DNA of 30,390 nt from an uncultured Eubacteriales bacterium (lineage in GTDB: Bacteria > Bacillota > Clostridia > Christensenellales > UBA1242), in assembly GCA_902796285.1 (NCBI GenBank), contig CADBOH010000050.1, forward strand, positions 1 to 30,390, written 5' to 3'. Of this stretch, positions 8,001-15,416 are shown in pieces (within the stretch, counting starts at the first letter, position 1; each line of letters begins with the position of its first letter). A program made the position numbers and the translations under genes. Below the pieces are notes generated by a model. The model saw nothing but the letters and a program-made list of their open reading frames with translations. It searched no databases and was not told the origin of the DNA.

Positions 8001-11000
8001 AGGCCTCTCTCAATGATTTTCCTGATGTTAACTCTCTTTGTGCATCTTCTTTTGTGCTATCTTCTGTAATAGATTTTACAGCAAAACCATACATTTTCAA
8101 ATCTTCAATATTGTTTTCTGTGGTTTTGTGATCTTTTGCGATTTCAACAATTTTATTTGCATCTCGTTCTATTTCAGCTGATTTTTTAATAAATATCTCA
8201 TACACATCAGCACGATCTTGCTCTGGGATATCACCAAGAACCTCAAATACTTTTTCTTGTGTAAGCTCATCAAGAGCAAGGTGTTTAAGTATGGTTACGC
8301 CATATCTTTCAACAACTCTTTTTCTTTTTTCTGAATCAAGCCCTTTGTAGCCTAGTATTCTGCCGATTTGGTCGTTTGTTCTGTTGCCAAGTGCAGCTTT
8401 TTGTTTGTTATAGAGATCATTTTCCTCATTTTGTGCTTGATTTAACGCAACAATTTTGCTTACAAAATCATCAAGGTTTTCACCATTTGCTTTGTTAAAT
8501 AATTCTCTTATCGCTTCCTGATTTGCGCTAGCATCAAAATGGGTAAACATAAAGTCATTAATAAGTTGATCTCTATTTTCAGCATTGGCTGGATTGTTTA
8601 TTTCATATATGGCTTTAACCATATCTTCTCTTTCAGCAAGGCCATTTAGTGACAAAAGGTGATCATGCCTACTTTGTAATGGCAAACCTGCAAGTTGAAG
8701 AAGATCGGTGCCTTTTCCAGATTCAAAAGCGCTTACTATGCTTTGTCTTGTATTGGCATCTGCGTCAGTAAATCTCGTTGTAATAAAATCATTTATTTGT
8801 CGTGTACGCTCGTCAGGGTCTTCGATTTGGTTTATTTGATCAAATGAATTAAGAAGGTCTTCTCTTGCTTTAAAGTCTCCTTCTTGAACAAATGAAATTC
8901 CATTTTGATCATAAGCTTCCATAAATCCCTTTGCAACAGGATTTCCGCCTTCAATTTCTGGGATTGATGAAACTCTTTCAACTTCAGTAGCAGCTTCCTT
9001 GCTGTTTGCAATCAAACTTTCAAGAGTATCTTCATCTTCAAGGAATTCTTTTGCCTGATGGTCATCGTATTCTGCAAGTTTTCTCTTTGCAGCTTGATAT
9101 GGACTAAATTTAAATTGTTCAGCTGTTAGGCTTAATACTGTTCCGCCAAGGAATAAACTTCCCCCCAAAACAAGCATGATAGGCCCAATACCTGGGATAA
9201 GACTTGCAATTGCCATAAGTACACCAATAATTGCAAATGATGAAGCAAATGCTTCAACGGCTTTTTTGTGATCCTTTGGCTCAGCAGGTGGATCTTTATC
9301 TTCACTTCCGCCTTTTTCTTTTTGAGGTTCATCACCAGGTTTTTGTGGTTCATCGCCTCCAGGTGGAGGTGGTGGAGGAGGGGGATCAATAGTTTTTTCA
9401 GGTTCGTCTTGCAATGGTATGGCAATTTCTTTAGGGGCAGATTCTTGTCCGTTAATTATCAGCTCTGATCGATTACCAATCATTTCGGTAATATTTTCGT
9501 TTGCCTTTTTTCTTTTTTCAAACTCTTTTCTAGATATAGTTATAAAGTTACCATCTGTGTCTATGGCATCAACGTAGTCATAATTATAAGTTTGATTTTT
9601 TTCTGCGAATAATTTATCAAAATTTCTTTTGTCAGGAGGGTAGACGTTATATTGTCTGCCACCAAGGATTAAGCTTGTTTTTTCACCACTTGTTGTGCCT
9701 AATTGTTGATATAAATCATTGTTTAGCTTTGCTAGCACTTCCTCTGATAAAAGTTTTACAGCGTTTTCATTGGTGAACCTAATTGCTTCTCCAGGAATTA
9801 GGCTTTCTGTAATAGGGAAGTTATGGTATGTGGAATTTGCTGATTGCAAAACAAGACAAATCTTTCCGTCTTTACTAACAAACGAATAACTACGGCACAT
9901 TTTAAAACTAGCTCCGCTATAGATATAAAGTTCGTTTTTAGGATTTTTAACCAGATAGAAAGGCCTGTTTCCGCCACCCAAATCCATATGTACAATGGTA
10001 AAACCTTTTCCAAATGTATAAACCTTATTTTTTTCAAGAGTATCACCAAAACTTTTAAAAAGATATAGCGGGATTGTGTTTGGTGCGCTAAAAAAGCCAA
10101 AACCACGATCTTCGACACTTAACATTTTTTCCAAAGTGCGAATGTTGATTTGTGCGTTCACACAACTTTCGCCGTTTTCCTTTGCGTCATAAGAGTATTC
10201 AGATTTTTCCCCATTTTTATTAATAGCTAATTTTATCCCAGCTGCATTGATATCGAATTTGAATTCAGTTGTTTCACTAATTTTTATTTGGGCAGAAAAT
10301 TCATCTTCACCATTGTTTATAGTTACTAGAGGTTTTTCTCTTCTATTCTGTGTCTCTTTTTTAATTTTAAGTTTTATAATTCCATTTTCTTTAACAAAAT
10401 CTGGATTGTTAAATAGTGAGTTTCCTGCTTTATCGATAAAAGCGCTAGGCAATTTTATTTCAACCCAATAGTCATTTGCATTTTCATGAAGTGATAAAAT
10501 ATCTCTTTGTGCACCGCTAACAGGAGCAGTGAAATTCATAAGAGTGGTCGTTGCACTTCCTTCGTGATCTTTTATGAGTGAAATAATTTGTCTACGATTG
10601 TCATCATTTCCAATTTTTATATTTAATTGAGATTCAGTGCCGGCTATTGAAGTATAGTCAATGGTATTTGCGCGATTAAGTTCTTCTTCAGACAATTGTA
10701 TCAGGCTAGCCTTTTTGTCAGTATCATTTCCGCCTTCACCTGAGATTACTTCTTCGGTGTAATTTTCTTCCTCTTCATTTTCTGAGTTCGAAGATCTATA
10801 AATAAACATTTCATTTATTTCATGTCTAGATAGTGCAGCGCCATTTTCGGCTTGGACAATGCTTGCACCTTTTATGACATGATTACCCTCGCCATTTTTA
10901 TAATATTCTTTTTGAATTTGCTGTACTAGGGCAGAGGTGTTGTCACCATTTTGTAATTTTATTTTTAAATTTTTGCATCCACAAAAAGCCCCAGTGCCTA

Positions 11001-11781
11001 AAACTTTGACGCTAGCAGGAATTATGATTTCAGTCAAATTGCTACAATTGTTAAAAGCAGCCTCACCAATTGAAGTAATCCCGTCTGGGAGGGTAATGCT
11101 AGTTAGTTTAGAGCAATTGTCAAATGCACCTTTACCTATTTTTGTTACACCTTTTGGTATTATAACAGATTCAAGATTTGTACAACCTGCAAAAACTCCC
11201 TCTCCAATCTTTGTTATATCATCCGTCAATACTACATTGCTAGCTGCTGTTGACTTGTTGCCTATTGTCTTGATTTGACCTTTTAAAGTTTCATTTACAA
11301 TGCCAACTAATACACCATCTTCTATTTTTAAAGAGATAGGTTTAAATTCTTCTTCATTTTCTTCTCCATCTTTTGGTTCTTCGGCTTCCTCATCCTTAAT
11401 AGCTTTTGGGATCAAAGCTGTTACCTTATCACCATATTCAGCTACTAGACTATTAGCAAGTTTTGTGATGTGAGCGTCAGAAGATGCAAAACGAATCACC
11501 AAATTTTCGCATCCATCAAAGGCGCCAGAAACAACGACGACCATTGTTGATGGCAAGGTGATTGATTTTAATTTTGGACAATTTTTAAAAGCGTCATCAA
11601 GGATTGTTGTCACGCCCTCTGGCACAACAACAGATTCAAGATTTGGACATTCAGCAAAAGCTTCACGTGCAATCTGCGTAACTCCTTCGGGAATTACTAC
11701 ATTTTGAACAAATTTTTTAAAGTTTGGATTTTTAAATCCAACAACACTACTTGATTCAATTTTAAAGATATCTTCTGCCAT
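5068..11781 (-). CDS. Giant (~2237 aa) protein: two BspA-type (LRR_5) blocks, beta-rich middle, poly-Pro, hydrophobic hairpin, ~1340 aa charged helical C-terminus; no signal peptide
   Basis: Uninterrupted ORF. Start moved to ATG 11781 because GGAGGAA lies at 11784-11790. LRR repeats of the type IPEGVTxIxxxAFxxCxNL. Hydrophobic segment FASSFAIIGVLMAIASLIPGIGPIMLVLGGSLFLGGTVLSLTA. Confidence 0.9.
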   Translation of the reverse strand: MAEDIFKIESSSVVGFKNPNFKKFVQNVVIPEGVTQIAREAFAECPNLESVVVPEGVTTILDDAFKNCPKLKSITLPSTMVVVVSGAFDGCENLVIRFASSDAHITKLANSLVAEYGDKVTALIPKAIKDEEAEEPKDGEENEEEFKPISLKIEDGVLVGIVNETLKGQIKTIGNKSTAASNVVLTDDITKIGEGVFAGCTNLESVIIPKGVTKIGKGAFDNCSKLTSITLPDGITSIGEAAFNNCSNLTEIIIPASVKVLGTGAFCGCKNLKIKLQNGDNTSALVQQIQKEYYKNGEGNHVIKGASIVQAENGAALSRHEINEMFIYRSSNSENEEEENYTEEVISGEGGNDTDKKASLIQLSEEELNRANTIDYTSIAGTESQLNIKIGNDDNRRQIISLIKDHEGSATTTLMNFTAPVSGAQRDILSLHENANDYWVEIKLPSAFIDKAGNSLFNNPDFVKENGIIKLKIKKETQNRREKPLVTINNGEDEFSAQIKISETTEFKFDINAAGIKLAINKNGEKSEYSYDAKENGESCVNAQINIRTLEKMLSVEDRGFGFFSAPNTIPLYLFKSFGDTLEKNKVYTFGKGFTIVHMDLGGGNRPFYLVKNPKNELYIYSGASFKMCRSYSFVSKDGKICLVLQSANSTYHNFPITESLIPGEAIRFTNENAVKLLSEEVLAKLNNDLYQQLGTTSGEKTSLILGGRQYNVYPPDKRNFDKLFAEKNQTYNYDYVDAIDTDGNFITISRKEFEKRKKANENITEMIGNRSELIINGQESAPKEIAIPLQDEPEKTIDPPPPPPPPGGDEPQKPGDEPQKEKGGSEDKDPPAEPKDHKKAVEAFASSFAIIGVLMAIASLIPGIGPIMLVLGGSLFLGGTVLSLTAEQFKFSPYQAAKRKLAEYDDHQAKEFLEDEDTLESLIANSKEAATEVERVSSIPEIEGGNPVAKGFMEAYDQNGISFVQEGDFKAREDLLNSFDQINQIEDPDERTRQINDFITTRFTDADANTRQSIVSAFESGKGTDLLQLAGLPLQSRHDHLLSLNGLAEREDMVKAIYEINNPANAENRDQLINDFMFTHFDASANQEAIRELFNKANGENLDDFVSKIVALNQAQNEENDLYNKQKAALGNRTNDQIGRILGYKGLDSEKRKRVVERYGVTILKHLALDELTQEKVFEVLGDIPEQDRADVYEIFIKKSAEIERDANKIVEIAKDHKTTENNIEDLKMYGFAVKSITEDSTKEDAQRELTSGKSLREASTDFNMQYTAAALADTRAAEVADWLINENYFSSEVESHTKIEEALGNATSEMITHSQNGLIQTFERIESMADSLNINKNIGETQYNLYQGEPGQTLQPDMDDPTYYSTDLAYYELIKNEATERIKQIDEEVKTASDEQKVSLNAEKTQLAEVIKACAHVNESWYRFSTKESKQLIKTTFNVIKSELGLELKEFKSKGEKYYEEYNEAYKKLKNSFSKEEKEYLAIMSVSASIKKSALDAEEETVNSNPSYDEDQKMQRMHEINDERQVYIKILAFVNLVNGNNKQTTNINFAIRSAAFKKHCENLGIALSEDELKKTAQTLTQACLVKSCQETLISNFSEERQQKIMANLGESLRAEDFAATLRDAIGSDRVDTNQPTFDEIAKRFNLDNAKEIDGKTVEQRFEGAFGDHTKHLNDLNQARTDNKLKPLEAVNGGNFVRTQYEYYLEHDKQEQDTQYNDIFDYLVKKFGIDRYKLIEEMAKLKSKDPTLTNDKILENLCKKFNIKINQAEIEKLDKKIYEKLYAAESDPKITLTADEQERVQLVINDSILKEFELTFKKFESLVVNNKFDELLTLCNDHNFKTLLDDMAKNFKKYYSLGNLQRDFMKVEDIVRLLESAEFMGASDEQKQKMFANLTKTINPIERGQRVFDTLRAGVDDEMDLNIKKLTQSEKDEQITMQINEVRVIDVKLSIIASLEEMLKDESISEMDLRAVIKELQSGSATALLSKHPELAPIVELAQDTLTDMFESYVVTDDLKEYLGSLKKQTKKERAQKAKKLDQNTVTAIESLKVTEEQYSLLSTTYNAVLGLKEINYTDEQIDEVFKFIINGEFDKLPEKLNGLKARLQNNAKFIKDIFKGKENSSQIKSVFKKSVEKTGEKWVEQRDALDKATENARKAKSGADMAKDEEKAKKKARTSNSFVAKVLENIKGIRHIVGVELSRDEARKEHEANVATTEQEYTVETDKETEITEDKENEE

Positions 11782-11834
11782 AATTCCTCCTGCTAAACAC
11801 ATGCATGCGCGCGTATTTAGATATAATCAAGAAT

Positions 11835-11863
11835 ATAATATCACTAAACAATATAATTGTCAA
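11835..11863 (-). promoter_or_regulatory. Sigma-A-type promoter of the LRR giant gene
   Basis: Minus strand TTGACA-17 nt-TATTAT with extended -10 TG. Confidence 0.75.
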
Positions 11864-11955
11864 GGGTTTGGCAAATTTAATTGATGATGATGGCGGTTGA
11901 TTTTGTCTTTCGGCAAGAATATTTATGATATTGCCGTTCAATGTTCCAAAATTCT

Positions 11956-11983
11956 TTGACTTTTCCTAAAAAATCGTTAAAAT
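11956..11983 (+). promoter_or_regulatory. Putative sigma-A promoter of secA
   Basis: TTGACT-16 nt-TAAAAT, 34 nt upstream of the secA ATG. Confidence 0.5.
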
Positions 11984-12017
11984 ATAATTTGACGGATTTT
12001 TTTATTAAGGAGAAAAA

Positions 12018-14744
12018 ATGGGACTTTTTGGTAATCAAAATAAATCACAAGTTAAAAAATTGAAAAAAATTGCAGATAAAGTTATTGCTCTGGAAGAAAA
12101 GTATAAGGGATATACCAATGAGCAATTACAAGCTTGCACTGAAGAATTTAAAAACAGAATTAAAACAGGCCAGTCGCTTAACGATCTTTTGCCTGAAGCT
12201 TTTGCAGTAGTTAGAGAAGCATCTGCGCGTGTGCTTAATATGAGACATTTCTATGTTCAAATCATTGGCGGTATCGCACTTCATCAAGGTAGAATAGCCG
12301 AGATGGCAACAGGTGAAGGTAAAACACTGGTGGCGACACTTCCTGCATATCTTAATGCGCTTGCTGGAAAAGGTGTTCATGTTGTAACAGTCAACGAGTA
12401 TCTTGCCAAGCGTGACGCACAATGGATGGGAAAGGTTTACAAATTTCTCGGCCTAACGGTTGGGGTTTCTTTGCAAGGACAAAATGAGCAAGAGAAGAAG
12501 GCTGCTTATAATGCGGACATAACCTATACAACGAATAATGAATTAGGCTTTGACTATCTTCGTGACAATATGGCAAGAAATAAAAATGAAAGATGCCAAA
12601 GAGGGCTTAATTTTGCAATTGTCGATGAAGTTGATAGTATTTTAATCGATGAAGCAAGAACTCCACTTATCATAAGCGGTAGGGGTGGCAAATCTTCTGA
12701 AGGTTACGAAATTGCACAAAGATTTGTTAAAACCCTTAAAAAAGACACAGATGTTGAAATTGATATAAAAACAAAACAAATCAGCATGACTGAAACAGGT
12801 ATCGCAAAAGCAGAGGCCTTTTACAAGATTGAAAACTTGTCAGATTTGCAAAATATCGAAATAAACCACTATATCAACAATGCGTTACGCGCCAACTTTA
12901 TCATGCATGTTGATGAAAACTATATCGTTAAAGATGGCGAAGTAATCATTGTAGATGAATTTACAGGCCGTTTATCACCAGGGAGAAGATTTTCTTCAGG
13001 GCTTCACCAAGCAATCGAAGCTAAAGAAGGGGTTGATATTAAGGATGAAAACCAGACACTTGCCACAATCACATTCCAAAACTTCTTTAGACTTTACACA
13101 AAACTCTCAGGTATGACAGGTACTGCCAAAACTGAAGAGGGTGAATTTAGAACAATTTACTCACTCGACGTTGTTACAATCCCATCAAACCTTCCAAAAA
13201 AGAGAATTGATTACCCAGACATCATGTATGTTACTGAAGGTGGTAAGATTAAGGCGATCATTGAGCAGATAAAAGAGTGTCAACAAAGAGGACAACCTGT
13301 GCTTGTTGGTACAATCAACATTGATAAATCAGAACTTATTTCAAAGGCGCTTAAAAATGAAGGTATAAAACACCAAGTATTGAACGCTAAAAACAATGAA
13401 AAAGAAAGTGAAATTGTTGCTCAGGCGGGCAGAAAAGGCACCGTAACAATTGCCACAAACATGGCAGGAAGAGGTACCGATATTCTTCTTGGTGGAAACC
13501 CAGAATTTATGGCGACAAAAGCAATGAGAGATAAAGAATATTCAGAAGAAGAAATCTCTTATGCAACTGCATTTAACTATGTAGAAGATGAAAAATTAAA
13601 CAATGCTCGTGAGGTTTATAGAAAACTTTACGAAGATTATAAAAAAATAACTGATGCCGAGAAGGAAGAGGTTAAAGCGCTTGGCGGGTTGCAAATTATC
13701 GGCACTGAAAGACACGAGTCAAGACGTATTGATAACCAGCTTCGTGGACGTGCTGGCCGTCAGGGTGACCCAGGGGCAAGTATATTCTTCTTATCACTTG
13801 ATGATGATCTATTTAGAAGATTTGCAACCGATAGACTTCGTAGAATTTTTGCTTTCTTTAGAATTGATGATTCAACACCAATTCAAATGAAATCTATTGC
13901 GAGACAAATAGAACTTTCACAAAAGAAAATTGAACTTCAAAACTTTGGTACAAGAAAGTCAGTTTTGCAGTTTGATGATGTTATGAATAAGCAAAGGGAA
14001 ATCATCTATGAAGAAAGAAATAAAGTGCTTGATGGTGAGCCTGTTCATGATCAAATTATGAGGATGTTCCCTGACGTTGTTGCAAAGGCAGTTTTAAATG
14101 TTATAAATGATGATAAACCATACTTTGAATGGGATCTTGAAAAGCTTAATAAGGAGCTTGAAAATGGGATTTTTGAAAAGGATTCAAACACAATCAACGA
14201 GGAATTTGTCGAAGACTGTGATTGCAATGAATTGATTGAAAAAATTCTTGACTTAATCTATAAAAAATATAATGAAAGAGTGCAAGAGGTAAACGCTATA
14301 GGCCTTAATTTTGAAGACATAGAGCGTAATGTTCTTTTGAGAATGGTTGATATAAATTGGATGGCACAAATTGAAGATATGCAGATCATGAAAGATGAGA
14401 TTATTGCAAGACAATTTGGCCAACAAGACCCAGTTCTTGCATACAAAAAGGAAGGCTTTGAAATGTTTGATATGATGATCGATAAGATCAAAGAAAACAC
14501 ATGTAAAGTTCTTTTAAATGCAAGAATAACACAAGAGCCTGTTCAGCCCGAGCCAAAACCTGTTAAAATTGTATTTACCGGCAAAGAATTGACGCCAGAA
14601 GAAAAGGCGGCACAAAAAGAAAAGCACACACTTCATGTGCAAAAAACCGTTGTAAATGATGGACCAAAGGTTGGTAGAAATGATCTTTGTCCATGTGGTA
14701 GTGGCAAAAAATATAAAAATTGCTGCGGAATTAACGAAGAATAA
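12018..14744 (+). CDS. secA: Preprotein translocase ATPase SecA
   Basis: AEMATGEGKTL, IVDEVDSILIDEARTPLIISG, TNMAGRGTDI, QLRGRAGRQGDPG and C-terminal SEC-C motif CPCGSGKKYKNCC. RBS AAGGAG. Confidence 0.98.
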   Translation: MGLFGNQNKSQVKKLKKIADKVIALEEKYKGYTNEQLQACTEEFKNRIKTGQSLNDLLPEAFAVVREASARVLNMRHFYVQIIGGIALHQGRIAEMATGEGKTLVATLPAYLNALAGKGVHVVTVNEYLAKRDAQWMGKVYKFLGLTVGVSLQGQNEQEKKAAYNADITYTTNNELGFDYLRDNMARNKNERCQRGLNFAIVDEVDSILIDEARTPLIISGRGGKSSEGYEIAQRFVKTLKKDTDVEIDIKTKQISMTETGIAKAEAFYKIENLSDLQNIEINHYINNALRANFIMHVDENYIVKDGEVIIVDEFTGRLSPGRRFSSGLHQAIEAKEGVDIKDENQTLATITFQNFFRLYTKLSGMTGTAKTEEGEFRTIYSLDVVTIPSNLPKKRIDYPDIMYVTEGGKIKAIIEQIKECQQRGQPVLVGTINIDKSELISKALKNEGIKHQVLNAKNNEKESEIVAQAGRKGTVTIATNMAGRGTDILLGGNPEFMATKAMRDKEYSEEEISYATAFNYVEDEKLNNAREVYRKLYEDYKKITDAEKEEVKALGGLQIIGTERHESRRIDNQLRGRAGRQGDPGASIFFLSLDDDLFRRFATDRLRRIFAFFRIDDSTPIQMKSIARQIELSQKKIELQNFGTRKSVLQFDDVMNKQREIIYEERNKVLDGEPVHDQIMRMFPDVVAKAVLNVINDDKPYFEWDLEKLNKELENGIFEKDSNTINEEFVEDCDCNELIEKILDLIYKKYNERVQEVNAIGLNFEDIERNVLLRMVDINWMAQIEDMQIMKDEIIARQFGQQDPVLAYKKEGFEMFDMMIDKIKENTCKVLLNARITQEPVQPEPKPVKIVFTGKELTPEEKAAQKEKHTLHVQKTVVNDGPKVGRNDLCPCGSGKKYKNCCGINEE

Positions 14745-14805
14745 ACAAAAAAAAGATGTTTTTCATAAGAAAAGTATAAAATTTGAAAAAATTTAACTAA
14801 TCGTT

Positions 14806-14833
14806 TTGAAAAACATTTTTTTTGTGCTATTAT
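14806..14833 (+). promoter_or_regulatory. Putative sigma-A promoter of the hicB-like gene
   Basis: TTGAAA-16 nt-TATTAT with extended -10 TG. Confidence 0.5.
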
Positions 14834-14855
14834 CAAGATGAGGAGCTTGTATTAC

Positions 14856-15116
14856 ATGAAAAGATTTGCTTATCCTGCAGTGTTTATAAAAGACAGAGAG
14901 ATGGATGTTTATCGTGTTTTCTTCCCAGATTTAGGGCTTACCACTGATGGCGACTTTATGGAAGAGGCTTTTTTGTTTGCAAAGTCTGCATTAAAAGAGT
15001 ATTTTCAATATGTTGAAAAATTCGATTTGGATTACAATTTGCCAAGCGATTTTGAGCTTGTCAAAAAAACATGCAAGCCTGATGAGACCGTAATGATTAT
15101 CGACGCTCAGATTTAA
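14856..15116 (+). CDS. HicB-like antitoxin-fold protein (N-terminal domain only), 86 aa, orphan
   Basis: YPAVF...YRVFFPDLG..TDGDFMEEA...AKSAL pattern of the HicB partial RNase H fold. Start moved to ATG 14856 because AGGAG lies at 14841-14845. Confidence 0.75.
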   Translation: MKRFAYPAVFIKDREMDVYRVFFPDLGLTTDGDFMEEAFLFAKSALKEYFQYVEKFDLDYNLPSDFELVKKTCKPDETVMIIDAQI

Positions 15117-15159
15117 CAAGCAAATTCTACAAATATTTATAAAAATATTGAATAAATTG

Positions 15160-15188
15160 TTGACAATAAAATAAAACTGTGATATTAT
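15160..15188 (+). promoter_or_regulatory. Sigma-A promoter of the rpmG-secE-nusG operon
   Basis: TTGACA-17 nt-TATTAT with extended -10 TG. Confidence 0.8.
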
Positions 15189-15239
15189 ATGGCTAACACT
15201 TCGAAACGGGGTGTTAGTTTTTTGTTAGGAGATAAAAAA

Positions 15240-15401
15240 ATGGCTTTACCAAAACGTAAAAATATTATTCTTGCTTGCACAGAGTGCCAAGAAAGAAATT
15301 ATGCAACAAGCAAAAATACAGCTGCAAATCCTGAAAGAATTGAAATTGTAAAATTCTGCTCACGTTGTGGAAAAAGAACTGTTCACAAGGAAACTAAGTA
15401 A
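15240..15401 (+). CDS. rpmG: 50S ribosomal protein L33, zinc-binding (C+) form, 53 aa
   Basis: [12 protein letters not shown]...[16 protein letters not shown]. Start set at ATG 15240 after AGGAG (15227-15231). Confidence 0.96.
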   Translation: MALPKRKNIILACTECQERNYATSKNTAANPERIEIVKFCSRCGKRTVHKETK

Positions 15402-15416
15402 TTAATCGGGGGTTTT

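Noticed and set aside
11782-11802. ORF-track start MCLAGGI for the LRR giant
   Set aside because: The extension contains the GGAGG RBS for ATG 11781 and has no RBS of its own.
14816-14823. T8 run in the hicB promoter spacer as a phase-variation switch
   Set aside because: Short run in very AT-rich DNA and the gene is not a surface antigen; too weak without read data.
14838-14855. Upstream start for the hicB-like gene
   Set aside because: The AGGAG RBS lies downstream of this ATG and fits ATG 14856.
15189-15239. ORF-track 17-aa N-terminal extension of L33
   Set aside because: That ATG is 1 nt after the -10 box and would not be transcribed; ATG 15240 has an AGGAG RBS.
15402-15416. tRNA gene between rpmG and secE, as occurs in some bacteria
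   Set aside because: Only 15 nt are available, and I saw no cloverleaf anywhere in the window.
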